Shown here one piece after another: positions 45,847 to 55,338 of a DNA stretch of 64,000 nt. Under the pieces are notes generated by a model. The model was not told the origin of the DNA, did not search any database, and was given only the letters and a program-made list of their open reading frames with translations. This DNA is from a virus (Duplodnaviria; Caudoviricetes): IMG/VR virus record IMGVR_UViG_2744054517_000003, positions 43,634 to 107,633 of that record; one strand, given 5' to 3'. Numbering within the stretch: position 1 is the first letter of the stretch; every line of letters starts with the position of its first letter. The position numbers were made by a program, and so were the translations under genes.

Positions 45847-46595
45847 GACCCATCACCATAATCAACTGTGATGTGTATAGGTTGCTTCTTCTCTTCGCCA
45901 CTGATCTTCTCAACTTCACCCTTGAGTTTCTTGATGCGTAGTTGCTGTTCTTCATCTGCATAACCAAGACGGCACATTTCCTCATATCGCTTAATGAGTC
46001 CTTGTAGCGTGGTCATAGCACGACTCTGAGCATTCATAAAAGCAGCGTGTTTGTCCCAGGCATGCTGATATTCCCACTTCTCAGATCCACCAAAAGCATT
46101 GTCTGCAGATTCGGTCAGCACCTTGGTTACATCCTCACTGTCTTTAACAAACATTATTTGCTGCGCCCGTAGTATAGCAGCGTACTGAATCATTATTTGA
46201 TCCCAAATCATGTCCAGCGGTGAACGGTCTTCTATGGCATCCATAATCTCTGCTGTATCGTCGGGCAGGAACTTGCGGAAGAATCCATGTGTGACCGCCT
46301 TGTCATTGCCGTACGGGCCTCCAGTACCACCGCTATTGCCTAACGCATTCTTGTTGCCTTTAGGGGCACCGTGCCCCGCTGCATTCCGGTTGCCCTTAGG
46401 TGGGCCGCGCCTCTTTTGGGATGCATCTTTATCGCCATTAGACGCATCTTTAACAGATAAGGATGCATCCTTGCTCCAGCTTTGACGCTGCTTCCGACTC
46501 TTGATGGTCGGGTATTTGATATTATGTTTATCAGCTAGGTCTGTTAAGGAGATATCCGTTGTTTCGTACTCTTCTCTGATTGCTGACCAATCCAT
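45843..46595 (-). CDS. terS: Terminase small subunit
   Basis: N-terminal HTH, GAPKGNKNA repeats, THGFF. Confidence 0.88.
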   Translation of the reverse strand: MDWSAIREEYETTDISLTDLADKHNIKYPTIKSRKQRQSWSKDASLSVKDASNGDKDASQKRRGPPKGNRNAAGHGAPKGNKNALGNSGGTGGPYGNDKAVTHGFFRKFLPDDTAEIMDAIEDRSPLDMIWDQIMIQYAAILRAQQIMFVKDSEDVTKVLTESADNAFGGSEKWEYQHAWDKHAAFMNAQSRAMTTLQGLIKRYEEMCRLGYADEEQQLRIKKLKGEVEKISGEEKKQPIHITVDYGDGS

Positions 46596-46641
46596 GACTA
46601 CATTTCACCACCCCCGGCTGGTTATTTGAGTTGGTTTTGCG

Positions 46642-46860
46642 CTATTGTTGAGAATCAGGAGGTTTGCCAATGAGCCTGATTGAACTTGATTTACAGCTAG
46701 GACAGAGCATGTTATAGCCAACTATCGCTTTTCTATTCCCTATCACTCCAGCGACTTGTACTTCTGTGAAAATTGGTTCTCGATAAGGCATTACAAACAG
46801 GTTGCTGCAATCATCACATTTCATCACAGGTGTTCCCTCCCTTATCTGGTCATTCTCCAT
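46642..46860 (-). CDS. Zn-ribbon hypothetical protein
   Basis: CDDC...CPSC. Confidence 0.55.
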   Translation of the reverse strand: MENDQIREGTPVMKCDDCSNLFVMPYREPIFTEVQVAGVIGNRKAIVGYNMLCPSCKSSSIRLIGKPPDSQQ

Positions 46861-47168
46861 AGCCTAAAACGATCTATAAGGCGTTCATACCATCTTGATT
46901 CCCACCCATATGGTTCGATGTATCCAACTACTGATACAAATACAATATTTTCGTGGTTTAACGAACATATCTCTTTCAGATGCGGTGTATGAATCGTAAA
47001 CACCTTGTCCCTGCCAGGCTTCTTGTACCAGGACAGAAACACTTCTACATTTTCTAATTCATCCGCAGGATAGTAATATTCGAATATCTCACGGTTCACT
47101 AAATGAACAGATACTGTTATCTCTTTCACTTTCTCGATTGACAGGTCGTTCATATTTCCCTCCCCCAC
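46842..47168 (-). CDS. Hypothetical protein
   Basis: 108 aa ORF. Confidence 0.55.
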   Translation of the reverse strand: MGEGNMNDLSIEKVKEITVSVHLVNREIFEYYYPADELENVEVFLSWYKKPGRDKVFTIHTPHLKEICSLNHENIVFVSVVGYIEPYGWESRWYERLIDRFRLWRMTR

Positions 47169-47235
47169 TACAAATAGCCCCGTGTATCCTGCTTAGCTGT
47201 CACCTCTCAGCTATTTTCAGATGTATATTACGGGC

Positions 47236-47436
47236 CTATTCTGCCCCATTAAACATTCGGTCATATGCCTGCTCGTACTTGGTCACGACATATTCTAGGC
47301 TTTCTATAGCCTTCTTCCTGCGCCGTTCATTCTTCCATTGCCACACAATAAGCCCGATGCCTATGATAGCTATGACTATCAATAGTATCTGAATAATCGT
47401 TTCTGGCAGCACTACAATGACATAGTTATGACCCAA
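47236..47436 (-). CDS. Small membrane protein
   Basis: One TM then basic tail. Confidence 0.5.
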   Translation of the reverse strand: MGHNYVIVVLPETIIQILLIVIAIIGIGLIVWQWKNERRRKKAIESLEYVVTKYEQAYDRMFNGAE

Positions 47437-47617
47437 GTTTATTCCTCCCTAGATCAGCTACATTTACCTTTACATCAAACAACGGCTCATTCCCTATATA
47501 AAGCGTCCCAATCCGCACTTCCCCCGACCGCTTATTATCACCGTTCAAACCCTTATACTCCGCTATCTCCTGTGGTGTACCTTCTACGGTTCCGTCTGTA
47601 TAGAGCTTCACGTTCAA
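47426..47617 (-). CDS. Hypothetical protein
   Basis: DGTVEGTPQEIAEY. Confidence 0.55.
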   Translation of the reverse strand: MNVKLYTDGTVEGTPQEIAEYKGLNGDNKRSGEVRIGTLYIGNEPLFDVKVNVADLGRNKLGS

Positions 47618-47862
47618 ACCTCCTCATAAGTATCATGGAAGATATCCGGTTTACATGGGTAATATTCACCCTTCACACCCCTAATGACATAATCTCCGTC
47701 AGATATCAACATCCGACCTTCCAACGTTTCTATATGTGGCTCATCCCTAAATGATTTAATAGGATTACAGCCTAATTGTTTAATCACTTGATTCGGTGTT
47801 GTTTGACCGTAAATCACTTGAATTGCATCAACTTCCATTGGTTTTTTACGATACTTTGCCAT
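47614..47862 (-). CDS. Conserved phage protein
   Basis: YRKKP...TLEG...GDYVIRGVKGEYYPCKPDIF. Confidence 0.75.
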   Translation of the reverse strand: MAKYRKKPMEVDAIQVIYGQTTPNQVIKQLGCNPIKSFRDEPHIETLEGRMLISDGDYVIRGVKGEYYPCKPDIFHDTYEEV

Positions 47863-47913
47863 TCATATCACCCTTTCAGCAAATAAAAAAGCCGCCTATT
47901 GGCGACTGCGTTA

Positions 47914-48399
47914 TTAGTATCCATTTTCAGGCGGCTTCGGCTTCAGCCATTCACCTTCTTCATTGATGAACGCATCTTTGTAGCGGCCTGATTCTAATTG
48001 CCTTATTATATCTTCTTCTTTAGCCACCAATATTTTAGCAAGCTGAGCAACAGTATAGTATTCACTACTTTTGTAGTCTAACTGTATCGGAACGGCCATG
48101 TCGTACAGCACGTTCACAAATTCAGCAAACGTCAACTTGCCCATGTTACTTATCCCTGAATAATAAGAGGGCTTATAGTTAGCAAATTCTTGAAATGATT
48201 TTCCTTGAAACTCTTTTGCCAGGGCGTTACTAAGACGTACGCTCATGAGGTTATCGAAACGTGTCTTGAAGTTCATTTCTTCCAATTTAGCGTATTTTGC
48301 TTTGAATGCGATTATTTTTATAAGAGGCAAGTCTTTGCGATTACCCTCTTTCAAACGCATTCTAAATTGTTCACGATCCATTATCATCGGCTGTACCAT
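47914..48399 (-). CDS. Putative DNA-binding moron protein
   Basis: C-terminal YYTVAQLAKIL HTH; own promoter-like and terminator signals. Confidence 0.6.
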   Translation of the reverse strand: MVQPMIMDREQFRMRLKEGNRKDLPLIKIIAFKAKYAKLEEMNFKTRFDNLMSVRLSNALAKEFQGKSFQEFANYKPSYYSGISNMGKLTFAEFVNVLYDMAVPIQLDYKSSEYYTVAQLAKILVAKEEDIIRQLESGRYKDAFINEEGEWLKPKPPENGY

Positions 48400-48532
48400 C
48401 CTCTAAGGTGTGTTTAACCGAATTTTACAGCACGTTTCTTATAATCGTAAACAGCTATTAAGACACACAGCGGAATCGAACCGCTATAATCCTGTATGTG
48501 TCATATCCCCGGACTAAGCCGGGAAAAAGGTG

Positions 48533-48805
48533 TTACTTCAGTTGGTCGGCTAGCTGCTTGATTACAGCCGGTGTACTGATACGTTGTCCATCTTTACGGT
48601 TACCCTTGATGTATGCTGCATCCTCATTGCTGTAGTAGACTACACCGTTGCCCTCTACGACAGGATAGCCGCTTTCGTCTGCTTGCAGCTCAGTAGCGGC
48701 ATATTTACCGTGCTGTTTGGCATGCTCTTCATCGTGTAGATGCAGAATGCCATATTGATCGAGATATGCGTAATTCTGTGCCACCGTTTGTTTCCTCCTG
48801 TACAT
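48533..48805 (-). CDS. Hypothetical protein
   Basis: ORF after late leader; start probably GTG near 48784. Confidence 0.6.
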   Translation of the reverse strand: MYRRKQTVAQNYAYLDQYGILHLHDEEHAKQHGKYAATELQADESGYPVVEGNGVVYYSNEDAAYIKGNRKDGQRISTPAVIKQLADQLK

Positions 48806-48808
48806 AGC

Positions 48809-49040
48809 AAAAAGGACACCGTTTACCGATGCCCTTATGCTTGCTTATTTGATATTGCCCGTAGTTCTACCGCGCCCGGGCGGAGCGCCTGGAAAGGACT
48901 CTAACCTATTCCCTCCCCGCTTCCACACCACCGCAACTCAGTGCTCTATCACCCTGTGTTCAAAGCGGTGCCTTTAAGCGTGGACGAGTCCTGCCGTGGT
49001 AAGGGGCAGCAGGGACACCCGGGCGTTAACCCTATGTCCC
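48809..49040 (-). ncRNA. Structured late-leader RNA candidate
   Basis: GC-rich nested stems ending in terminator AAGGGCATCG...CGGTGTCCTTTTT. Confidence 0.4.
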
Positions 49041-49058
49041 TACTTTAAAATGGTTTCT

Positions 49059-49097
49059 CCCCCAAATTGCCCCCACGTTACCCCCAACTTACCCCCA
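49059..49097 (-). promoter_or_regulatory. Late activator binding repeats
   Basis: TGGGGG x4 at exact 11 bp period across the 3' end of the activator gene. Confidence 0.7.
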
Positions 49098-49473
49098 AAA
49101 TTCCGCATAGCTTCAAGGTTTCTGCTATACTTTTGACTCCTTCGTCTATTCGGCGGTCAATGGTATTAACGCTCATGCCATGGTTCTGGAATTGGATCAC
49201 AGTGAATTTATATTTACGCCCCTTAATGAAGCGGTGCTCAATGATCTTTTTGACCTCATCGTCCAGGATTAAATTGATTGCCATGTCTAATTCAGTGATC
49301 AACTTGCTCCACTCCTGATACACTTGCCTTTCTTTCACCGTTAGAGACTCTTTACGGCTTAATGATTCGACGGTAAGGCGCATCTTAGGGTAATTGCCTA
49401 GCAACTCGCGAACGGCCTTCTTATCGGCTTCTGTGATGCTCGGATATAATTCCATTTGTTCTATCGCCCCCAT
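49078..49473 (-). CDS. ArpU/RinA-like late transcription activator
   Basis: KKIIEHRFI...SVNTIDRRIDEGVKSIAETL; position before packaging genes. Confidence 0.8.
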   Translation of the reverse strand: MGAIEQMELYPSITEADKKAVRELLGNYPKMRLTVESLSRKESLTVKERQVYQEWSKLITELDMAINLILDDEVKKIIEHRFIKGRKYKFTVIQFQNHGMSVNTIDRRIDEGVKSIAETLKLCGILGVSWG

Positions 49474-49487
49474 CTTATCGCTCCTTT

Positions 49488-49700
49488 TTATATCAATTCA
49501 AACAAATCAACTTGGCCTGGATCTACATACTCCGTAGAATCTTGTATAAGACCATCCTCTAGCCATTTACGAGGTGCTTCGTGCAGGTAATGCGGCCAGA
49601 TAGCCTGACCTTCGACAGATCGTGTAGCGTTGTTACGCTCTGCTTTGGCTGTCCATACCCAATGTGTAGCGGCGGTCACTTTGTCGTTGTTACCCGACAT
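49488..49700 (-). CDS. Hypothetical protein
   Basis: 70 aa ending GQVDLF clamp-binding-like motif. Confidence 0.6.
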   Translation of the reverse strand: MSGNNDKVTAATHWVWTAKAERNNATRSVEGQAIWPHYLHEAPRKWLEDGLIQDSTEYVDPGQVDLFELI

Positions 49701-49823
49701 GTTGATTCCTTCCTTCGCTTAATTTATTCGGCTCAATCGACGTGATGATCATATACCTATCTATACTGACTACACCTACATATAACAGTAATGCGCATAA
49801 TATAGAGGTATAGGCTCTTATCA

Positions 49824-50009
49824 TCAGCGCTTCCCTTTTACCTTTTGGAGTTTGGTTAGGCTGTCGCTATCAACATAAATAGGTATCCCCGCCTTACTGT
49901 GATCAAAAAGCACACCGATATTCCTAGGGATTATATATTTGACTGTCCCTTTTCCCATACAACGATGATTTACACGATCCCCTACCTGTATGTTTGGTTT
50001 ATCTGTCAT
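49824..50009 (-). CDS. SH3-like small protein
   Basis: VGDRVNH..MGKGTV. Confidence 0.55.
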   Translation of the reverse strand: MTDKPNIQVGDRVNHRCMGKGTVKYIIPRNIGVLFDHSKAGIPIYVDSDSLTKLQKVKGKR

Positions 50010-50257
50010 TGTTGTTCCTCCCCAGCAGCCAACCTCGACATTTCTTCCTTGAACCGATTTTTAATATACTGGTCATGCCGAATTGTCCTGACATTTGGAT
50101 GCCGACCCGGAATGTACTCCCGACCAACATGATCAATAGAAGGCGGTGGCGAACTCCACCATGAATCTGTCCATTTACCCGTGCCATCCGTAAACCGAGA
50201 CATATACCCTCCGTATTTCGGATCATCTTTCCACATTTCAAATTTCAGACGTGCCAT
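50006..50257 (-). CDS. Hypothetical protein
   Basis: 83 aa, GGAGG RBS. Confidence 0.55.
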   Translation of the reverse strand: MARLKFEMWKDDPKYGGYMSRFTDGTGKWTDSWWSSPPPSIDHVGREYIPGRHPNVRTIRHDQYIKNRFKEEMSRLAAGEEQQ

Positions 50258-50305
50258 ATATATCCTCCCTTAGTGGGTGTAGGACACCCTGTATTGGTTT
50301 AATCC

Positions 50306-50557
50306 TCAACTAAATTTGCAAGTTACTTCGTCCTCATATTCTCCCAAATAAATCTGTTCGTCCTCGCACCATCCGTCAACGTCATGATCAAAGCAATAAC
50401 AATATATCTCCCCGTCCTGCACAAATGGCGCTGTGTAAGTGTAGTAGCAAGGACCACCACCCCAATAGGTCATTACCAATTCTTCGCCCAGCATAGGGCA
50501 ACTGATCTCACCCCATTCCTTCCCGTTCGACCATTTAAGGAACTTTATTTTGCTCAT
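50306..50557 (-). CDS. Hypothetical protein
   Basis: MSKIKFLKW start after AAGGA. Confidence 0.5.
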   Translation of the reverse strand: MSKIKFLKWSNGKEWGEISCPMLGEELVMTYWGGGPCYYTYTAPFVQDGEIYCYCFDHDVDGWCEDEQIYLGEYEDEVTCKFS

Positions 50558-50613
50558 ATCTCTATCATCCTTCCAACGCTCCGTCAGAGTGCAGGAGCGT
50601 ATTGTATTGGTGG

Positions 50614-50883
50614 TTACTCCCCTAACTCGTTTGTAAGCCACTCTATTTTGCGTTCCCTCTCTGCAAGCTGCTCACGGAGATGATCTACATCAGCAGCATA
50701 CCGCCTGTTATATTCGTGTAATTCAACGATAGCATCGTCCTTCTCTCCAAGCTGCTGCTGGAGTGAATCTACCAGGGCAAGCAGGTCTGATACCTCTCTA
50801 ACTGGTAACAGGATATTTTTCTTCGCTTCGTTTTTAGCCTGCTGCACATCTTTACGGATTAAATCTACTGTCTGTTCACTCAC
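50614..50883 (-). CDS. Coiled-coil hypothetical protein
   Basis: GTG start after GGAGG. Confidence 0.5.
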   Translation of the reverse strand: MSEQTVDLIRKDVQQAKNEAKKNILLPVREVSDLLALVDSLQQQLGEKDDAIVELHEYNRRYAADVDHLREQLAERERKIEWLTNELGE

Positions 50884-51121
50884 CTTTACCGCCTCCATCG
50901 AATTTTTTGTAAAACAGTACTGACAGCATCGTATATTTATCCGTATCAAACGTGCAGTATCTGTAATGCACGTATCCATCTATGTCTTCGTATAGGGCAA
51001 ATACTGTATCTCCGTCCTCGTCAACGTAAAAACGCTCTATGCGGCGTTTGAGGTGTATTATCCCACTGAGTTGTTCGCTCCTTATATAGGGGTATAGGGT
51101 AAGAGGCCAGAAGGCCCCTGT

Positions 51122-51490
51122 TTATGCGTTCGGTTGATCCAGCGTGTCAATGATTACCTCAGGTCCATCGAAAATCCAATACTTGTATTCTCCAAACATT
51201 TCATCAAGTACAGCCTGTATGCGAGCTGTGCTGTCTTCGTTAATCCGTAATCTTGCATCATCGTCCCAGTCTTCGTACATTTCGCCATACTCGCACTCGA
51301 TATACTGACGCAACATGCTGTCCGCATTAGGCTTCCACGTTCTGGGCGTGCATACTTGCCAAGATTCCAAAGCATAGTCCCCATCCTCTTGTATCAGTTC
51401 ACGCAACTGCTCAGGAGTATAAGTACAATCAGAAGCCTCATAGCTCAACATTGTGTCACTTGGCAGTTCAGACAATTTCACGTTTTCCAT
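51122..51490 (-). CDS. Acidic hypothetical protein
   Basis: 122 aa, AAGGAG RBS. Confidence 0.6.
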   Translation of the reverse strand: MENVKLSELPSDTMLSYEASDCTYTPEQLRELIQEDGDYALESWQVCTPRTWKPNADSMLRQYIECEYGEMYEDWDDDARLRINEDSTARIQAVLDEMFGEYKYWIFDGPEVIIDTLDQPNA

Positions 51491-51757
51491 TTCTAAATCG
51501 CTCCTTTTAATTTGATTGGGTAGGGTAAGAGGCTGTTATGCCTCTCTGACCCATCCATTATCAATCCAAAGTTGTGGGCAGTATGTTGGGTCTTGTCTGT
51601 CTATTGGCTGCCCCTCACAACGGCCGGTGTGTCCAGTCTCTCTCTTAGATCTCTCTACACCAGCAGCCGTATAGACCCAATATGTTTTAGCTTTCACATT
51701 TTTAAAGTTCATGATCGGTATATCTCTCCTTTATAGGTAGTAGGGGGTGTATCCCCC

Positions 51758-52411
51758 TTAAAATAGTGCCAGTTGCACCGAACGTCTTGGCTCGGGTGGT
51801 ATCCATTGCTTGCCGTATTCCTGCATCCACTCCGCTACAGTCTTGCGCCGATTCCATTCGCTCCTGGGAATCCAGCTTGTATTGTCTCCCTGGACAGCAA
51901 CGTTGTACGGGGCAAACCATTTGGGTAGCATCATACCTAGCAAATGCACACGGGCACGGACAGGGCCGTACAGTAAGCCATCAAGGTAACGAATTCGTTC
52001 TTCCTCAGACATTCGCACGGTCCCACCGATGAATACCAGTTGTTCCGTTTGCAGTAACCTCGTATCTCCCCCGGGTTGCAAAATGGGTACCGGATTGTAT
52101 CCGCGCCGCCTCATATCCTGCAGGTACCAGGCTGTTGCTTCGGGATTTCCAATCTCGTCATACTGCATGTACATGTGCTTTGACTTCGCGTGACGGTCGA
52201 TATAGGCCCGATAGCCTTGATAAGATATGCAATCCTCAGTAAACGTCCCAGGGTCCCATATCACCGCTCGATTCCGCATGTATGGCTCAAGCCAACTGGG
52301 GTACTTTCGCAGTAGGGTCGCACTCAGGAGCCAGTACGGTACGCTGCTGGCCTGCTCTGCCAGGTGCTTCCGGTTTACCCCGGCGACGTAGATAATCCGT
52401 TCCATGTTCAT
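51758..52411 (-). CDS. TGT/DpdA-like transglycosylase-fold protein
   Basis: Motif order DPGTF, YDEIGN, PVPIL, FIGG, VHLLG, GDNTSW parallels DSGAF/D.IG/P.P.H/IGG/H.LG/DS.SW. Confidence 0.7.
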   Translation of the reverse strand: MNMERIIYVAGVNRKHLAEQASSVPYWLLSATLLRKYPSWLEPYMRNRAVIWDPGTFTEDCISYQGYRAYIDRHAKSKHMYMQYDEIGNPEATAWYLQDMRRRGYNPVPILQPGGDTRLLQTEQLVFIGGTVRMSEEERIRYLDGLLYGPVRARVHLLGMMLPKWFAPYNVAVQGDNTSWIPRSEWNRRKTVAEWMQEYGKQWIPPEPRRSVQLALF

Positions 52412-52601
52412 CGCCCTTTCTGCCGAGCTGCTTTCCATAGTCTTGTAATTGACGACCTACAGGACAGTTGATTTTGCAATGCTTGTCCAGCTTGGATGTA
52501 ACACTGCCATGCTTACGATTAAATTCGTCCCGTGTTGGGCAACCGGAACATTTTTGCTCCAGTAGATCACCAATCGCTATAATTGCATCTATCCGGTTCA
52601 T
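52287..52601 (-). CDS. Zinc-finger phage protein
   Basis: CSGC...HCKINCPVG. Confidence 0.7.
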   Translation of the reverse strand: MNRIDAIIAIGDLLEQKCSGCPTRDEFNRKHGSVTSKLDKHCKINCPVGRQLQDYGKQLGRKGDEHGTDYLRRRGKPEAPGRAGQQRTVLAPECDPTAKVPQLA

Positions 52602-52681
52602 GCTTGTAACCCCCTTATGGAGGGCTGTTCCCTCCTTCTTATCCCCTGGGCCTGTCCTCTCTGCCCTTGGGGTCTATATAT

Positions 52682-52906
52682 TTAATCCTCTGGAAGCAGC
52701 TTGTTAAATGCTCTACGGTATAATTCAGCTACTTTTACTCTCTTTGCTCGCCCATCTTGACGGACATTTACCATCCGATTGCTCTCTTTTACCAAAACCG
52801 GAAAGCCTGTTTTCGCATGTGGAGCAAATACTTTTCCGTCTTCGTCGATACGGTATGGATAATAGCCAGGGATATATTTAAGAGTTTTGTTATCCATCTT
52901 TAACAC
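52682..52906 (-). CDS. NUMOD4-like small protein
   Basis: KYIPGY.PYRIDEDGKV. Confidence 0.5.
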   Translation of the reverse strand: MLKMDNKTLKYIPGYYPYRIDEDGKVFAPHAKTGFPVLVKESNRMVNVRQDGRAKRVKVAELYRRAFNKLLPED

Positions 52907-52933
52907 TCCTTTGTTCGTTGTTATATGAATTAC

Positions 52934-53356
52934 TTATATTATTTCTTGCGTTTCCTCACCGATCTGCCACACCTTTACCTCAATCTCTGGATGGTCAGAA
53001 TAATACTTGCGCGTTACCAGCGCGACTACCTGGGAATCGTCTTTCCACGCTATCTTATTTAAGGCATCGAATATACCTTTAACACAGTTGTCAATATCAG
53101 GTTTGATTGTCGGCAGTTCTTGGGACTCTAGCGCCTCTCTTAAGCGTTTCTTTGTCCATGATTTAGGATATGGATATCTGAATCCTATTTCGACTGCCAC
53201 GGGTCCTTCTAGCGGCTCTGAGAACTGTTTCCGCGCTATAAGTCCGATCATTTGTTTGTACGACAGATACCTTTGAGCGTTCTTTTTCGTCCATTTGCCG
53301 CGTTGTGTCATCCGGACAGCTCCCATAGGAGGTTCGTTTATCACGAAAGTAATCAT
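52934..53356 (-). CDS. rusA: RusA Holliday junction resolvase
   Basis: KPDIDNCVKGIFDALN..WKDDSQV. Confidence 0.9.
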   Translation of the reverse strand: MITFVINEPPMGAVRMTQRGKWTKKNAQRYLSYKQMIGLIARKQFSEPLEGPVAVEIGFRYPYPKSWTKKRLREALESQELPTIKPDIDNCVKGIFDALNKIAWKDDSQVVALVTRKYYSDHPEIEVKVWQIGEETQEII

Positions 53357-53682
53357 GCCATCACCCCCAATACTCCGCCTGGGCGTTCTTTTATTTTTCT
53401 TTTTTTGATTCGATCCAACGCTAATATCAATACCTCGTCTGGGTCCCGGTCGAGTACATCTCCCATTTGTCGAATGCTTTTTCCCTCCGTCCACATTGAA
53501 TCAAAGTTCTCTATTTCTTTCTGGTCCCAAGTGAAATCCATTTCCTCGCATGCTAGGTAGATATCACGACGTCTTCCCGTAAGTTGAATTCCGTTGTCTG
53601 GAGTTAACATCCGCTTCACCTGCCCTTCGGTAGATTTCTTTAGCAAGTTCTTGACGGTAATCCGTACAAAGTGTGTTGTCAT
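53353..53682 (-). CDS. HTH phage protein
   Basis: WTEGKSIRQMGDVLDRDPDEV. Confidence 0.65.
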   Translation of the reverse strand: MTTHFVRITVKNLLKKSTEGQVKRMLTPDNGIQLTGRRRDIYLACEEMDFTWDQKEIENFDSMWTEGKSIRQMGDVLDRDPDEVLILALDRIKKRKIKERPGGVLGVMA

Positions 53683-53733
53683 AAAAGTTTATTATTAAAT
53701 CCGCATCGTCCAATTGTTTGGGGTCTATTGGAT

Positions 53734-55172
53734 TCATGGGGTATCCTCTCCCTTTGCTAGTCTCCGCAGGAATAGTGCGTTCCTCAGCATGTCACCACTT
53801 TCCAGTTCATCTGCTATCGTCTGGAAGTGTCGAGATGATTCTCTTTCAGCTACCCTGTCACTATGCTCCCAATTTCGCTCAAGTCTACGTAGGTGATCTA
53901 TCAAATATTTTCTTTCAATCTCCCAGTCCTCTTTCATGGGGTATCCTCTCCTTTCAAAGCTGCCTCGATTGAATTAATAACATCCGTCCCATCTTTCGCT
54001 ATCTCTTCTAAATCCAAGTGACTGGCAGGTACAGTATCAGCCGCTAAAATTAATTCTTCGACGAATGTTTCCGCTTCTTTCAGTGCCTTATCCTTAATCT
54101 CTATCTGTTTCTTTAATTTGGCGGTGTAATTACGCTGTTCGATCATCTGCTGTTTGAGTACGTCCAAAGACTCTCTAATTTCGCCTACTTGGTCTATCTG
54201 TTGTAGGAGGTAGCCAATGTATTCATGCGCCTTCCGACTACTGCTCGTTGGATATTTCAATAAAAAATTTTCTTCCTTGGCATGTGCTTCTCTTATCTCT
54301 TGTATCTTCTTATCCAACTTTCCCAACCCCTTCCCTTTGCTCATTAGCTGGACTATCTACAGTCATTTCCCATGCTTCATATGCAACGATTTCAGCTATA
54401 TCAAAGCCGAACTGAGCGTGTGAGGTTATACCGCCAAACTTATATCCAGAAAACCTCGCACCGTCGTTAGACCGTTCAAATTCAAAATCTCTAGCACAGA
54501 TTTCAATTTCTTTACCATTTCTCAAATGAACTTTTATCTTATACATGGTTTAGACCTCCGTTTCCCAGCTCTTTACCGCACATATTAAATTACGATTTAA
54601 GTTATATTCTGCTTTGTTGTGGTCGAAAACAAGCCAATCAGGTGATGATATATCGTCGCTACCCATTACTGCAAAGTCTGCAATTTTATCCATCAATTCT
54701 TGATCTGCTTTCAGAATGCCAATTATGTTTCCGCCAGATAAATAAATTTCTATGTGAAAATATTTCATATCCCTTATTCCTCTCCTTGGGTTAATACGGC
54801 TATTAGAGCTGCTAAACAGATGGCTTCTGGCATCGTTTCTCTGAACACATGGATGAATATGTTTTTAGCTACGATATGAAAGTTACACATTTGCTCTCCT
54901 AAATTCGCTTCACCAAGAATGACAGATCCACTTTTTTCGGATGCTTCGCCGAGAGTAAAAGATAACCCTTTGCTCTTCATCTTCCGAATCACTTCCCATG
55001 CTGCACCCATGTCTGTCGAATAATTTTTTGGATAATAGTCGTAGCCTTCCGAACTTATCCAACCATAATTTATAGGGCTTTTCTTTTTGCCCATCACTTT
55101 AATAGCGACCCATATATTCCGTTCCTGTCGGTTCATCCAATCCCATTTAGCTATTACTTCATCCCTGGTCAT
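53734..55172 (-). other. Run of five small phage ORFs (53734-53937, 53934-54344, 54310-54546, 54550-54768, 54774-55172)
   Basis: Coupled minus-strand ORFs; the last has YSTDMGAAWEV...PEAICLAAL (ABA-sandwich-like). Confidence 0.6.
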
Positions 55173-55338
55173 GCCTGCTTAACCACCTTCCGGTCTTCTT
55201 GATGGATTTGGTTGCTAAGGCATTGCTGACAAACCTTAACCTTTATCCCTGGTACACCCATTGTCGCTGGTCGTTTACCTTCCCAATTGCATTTCTCACA
55301 TACCCAAATTTTCATGTCTATCTTCCCTTCTTATTGGA

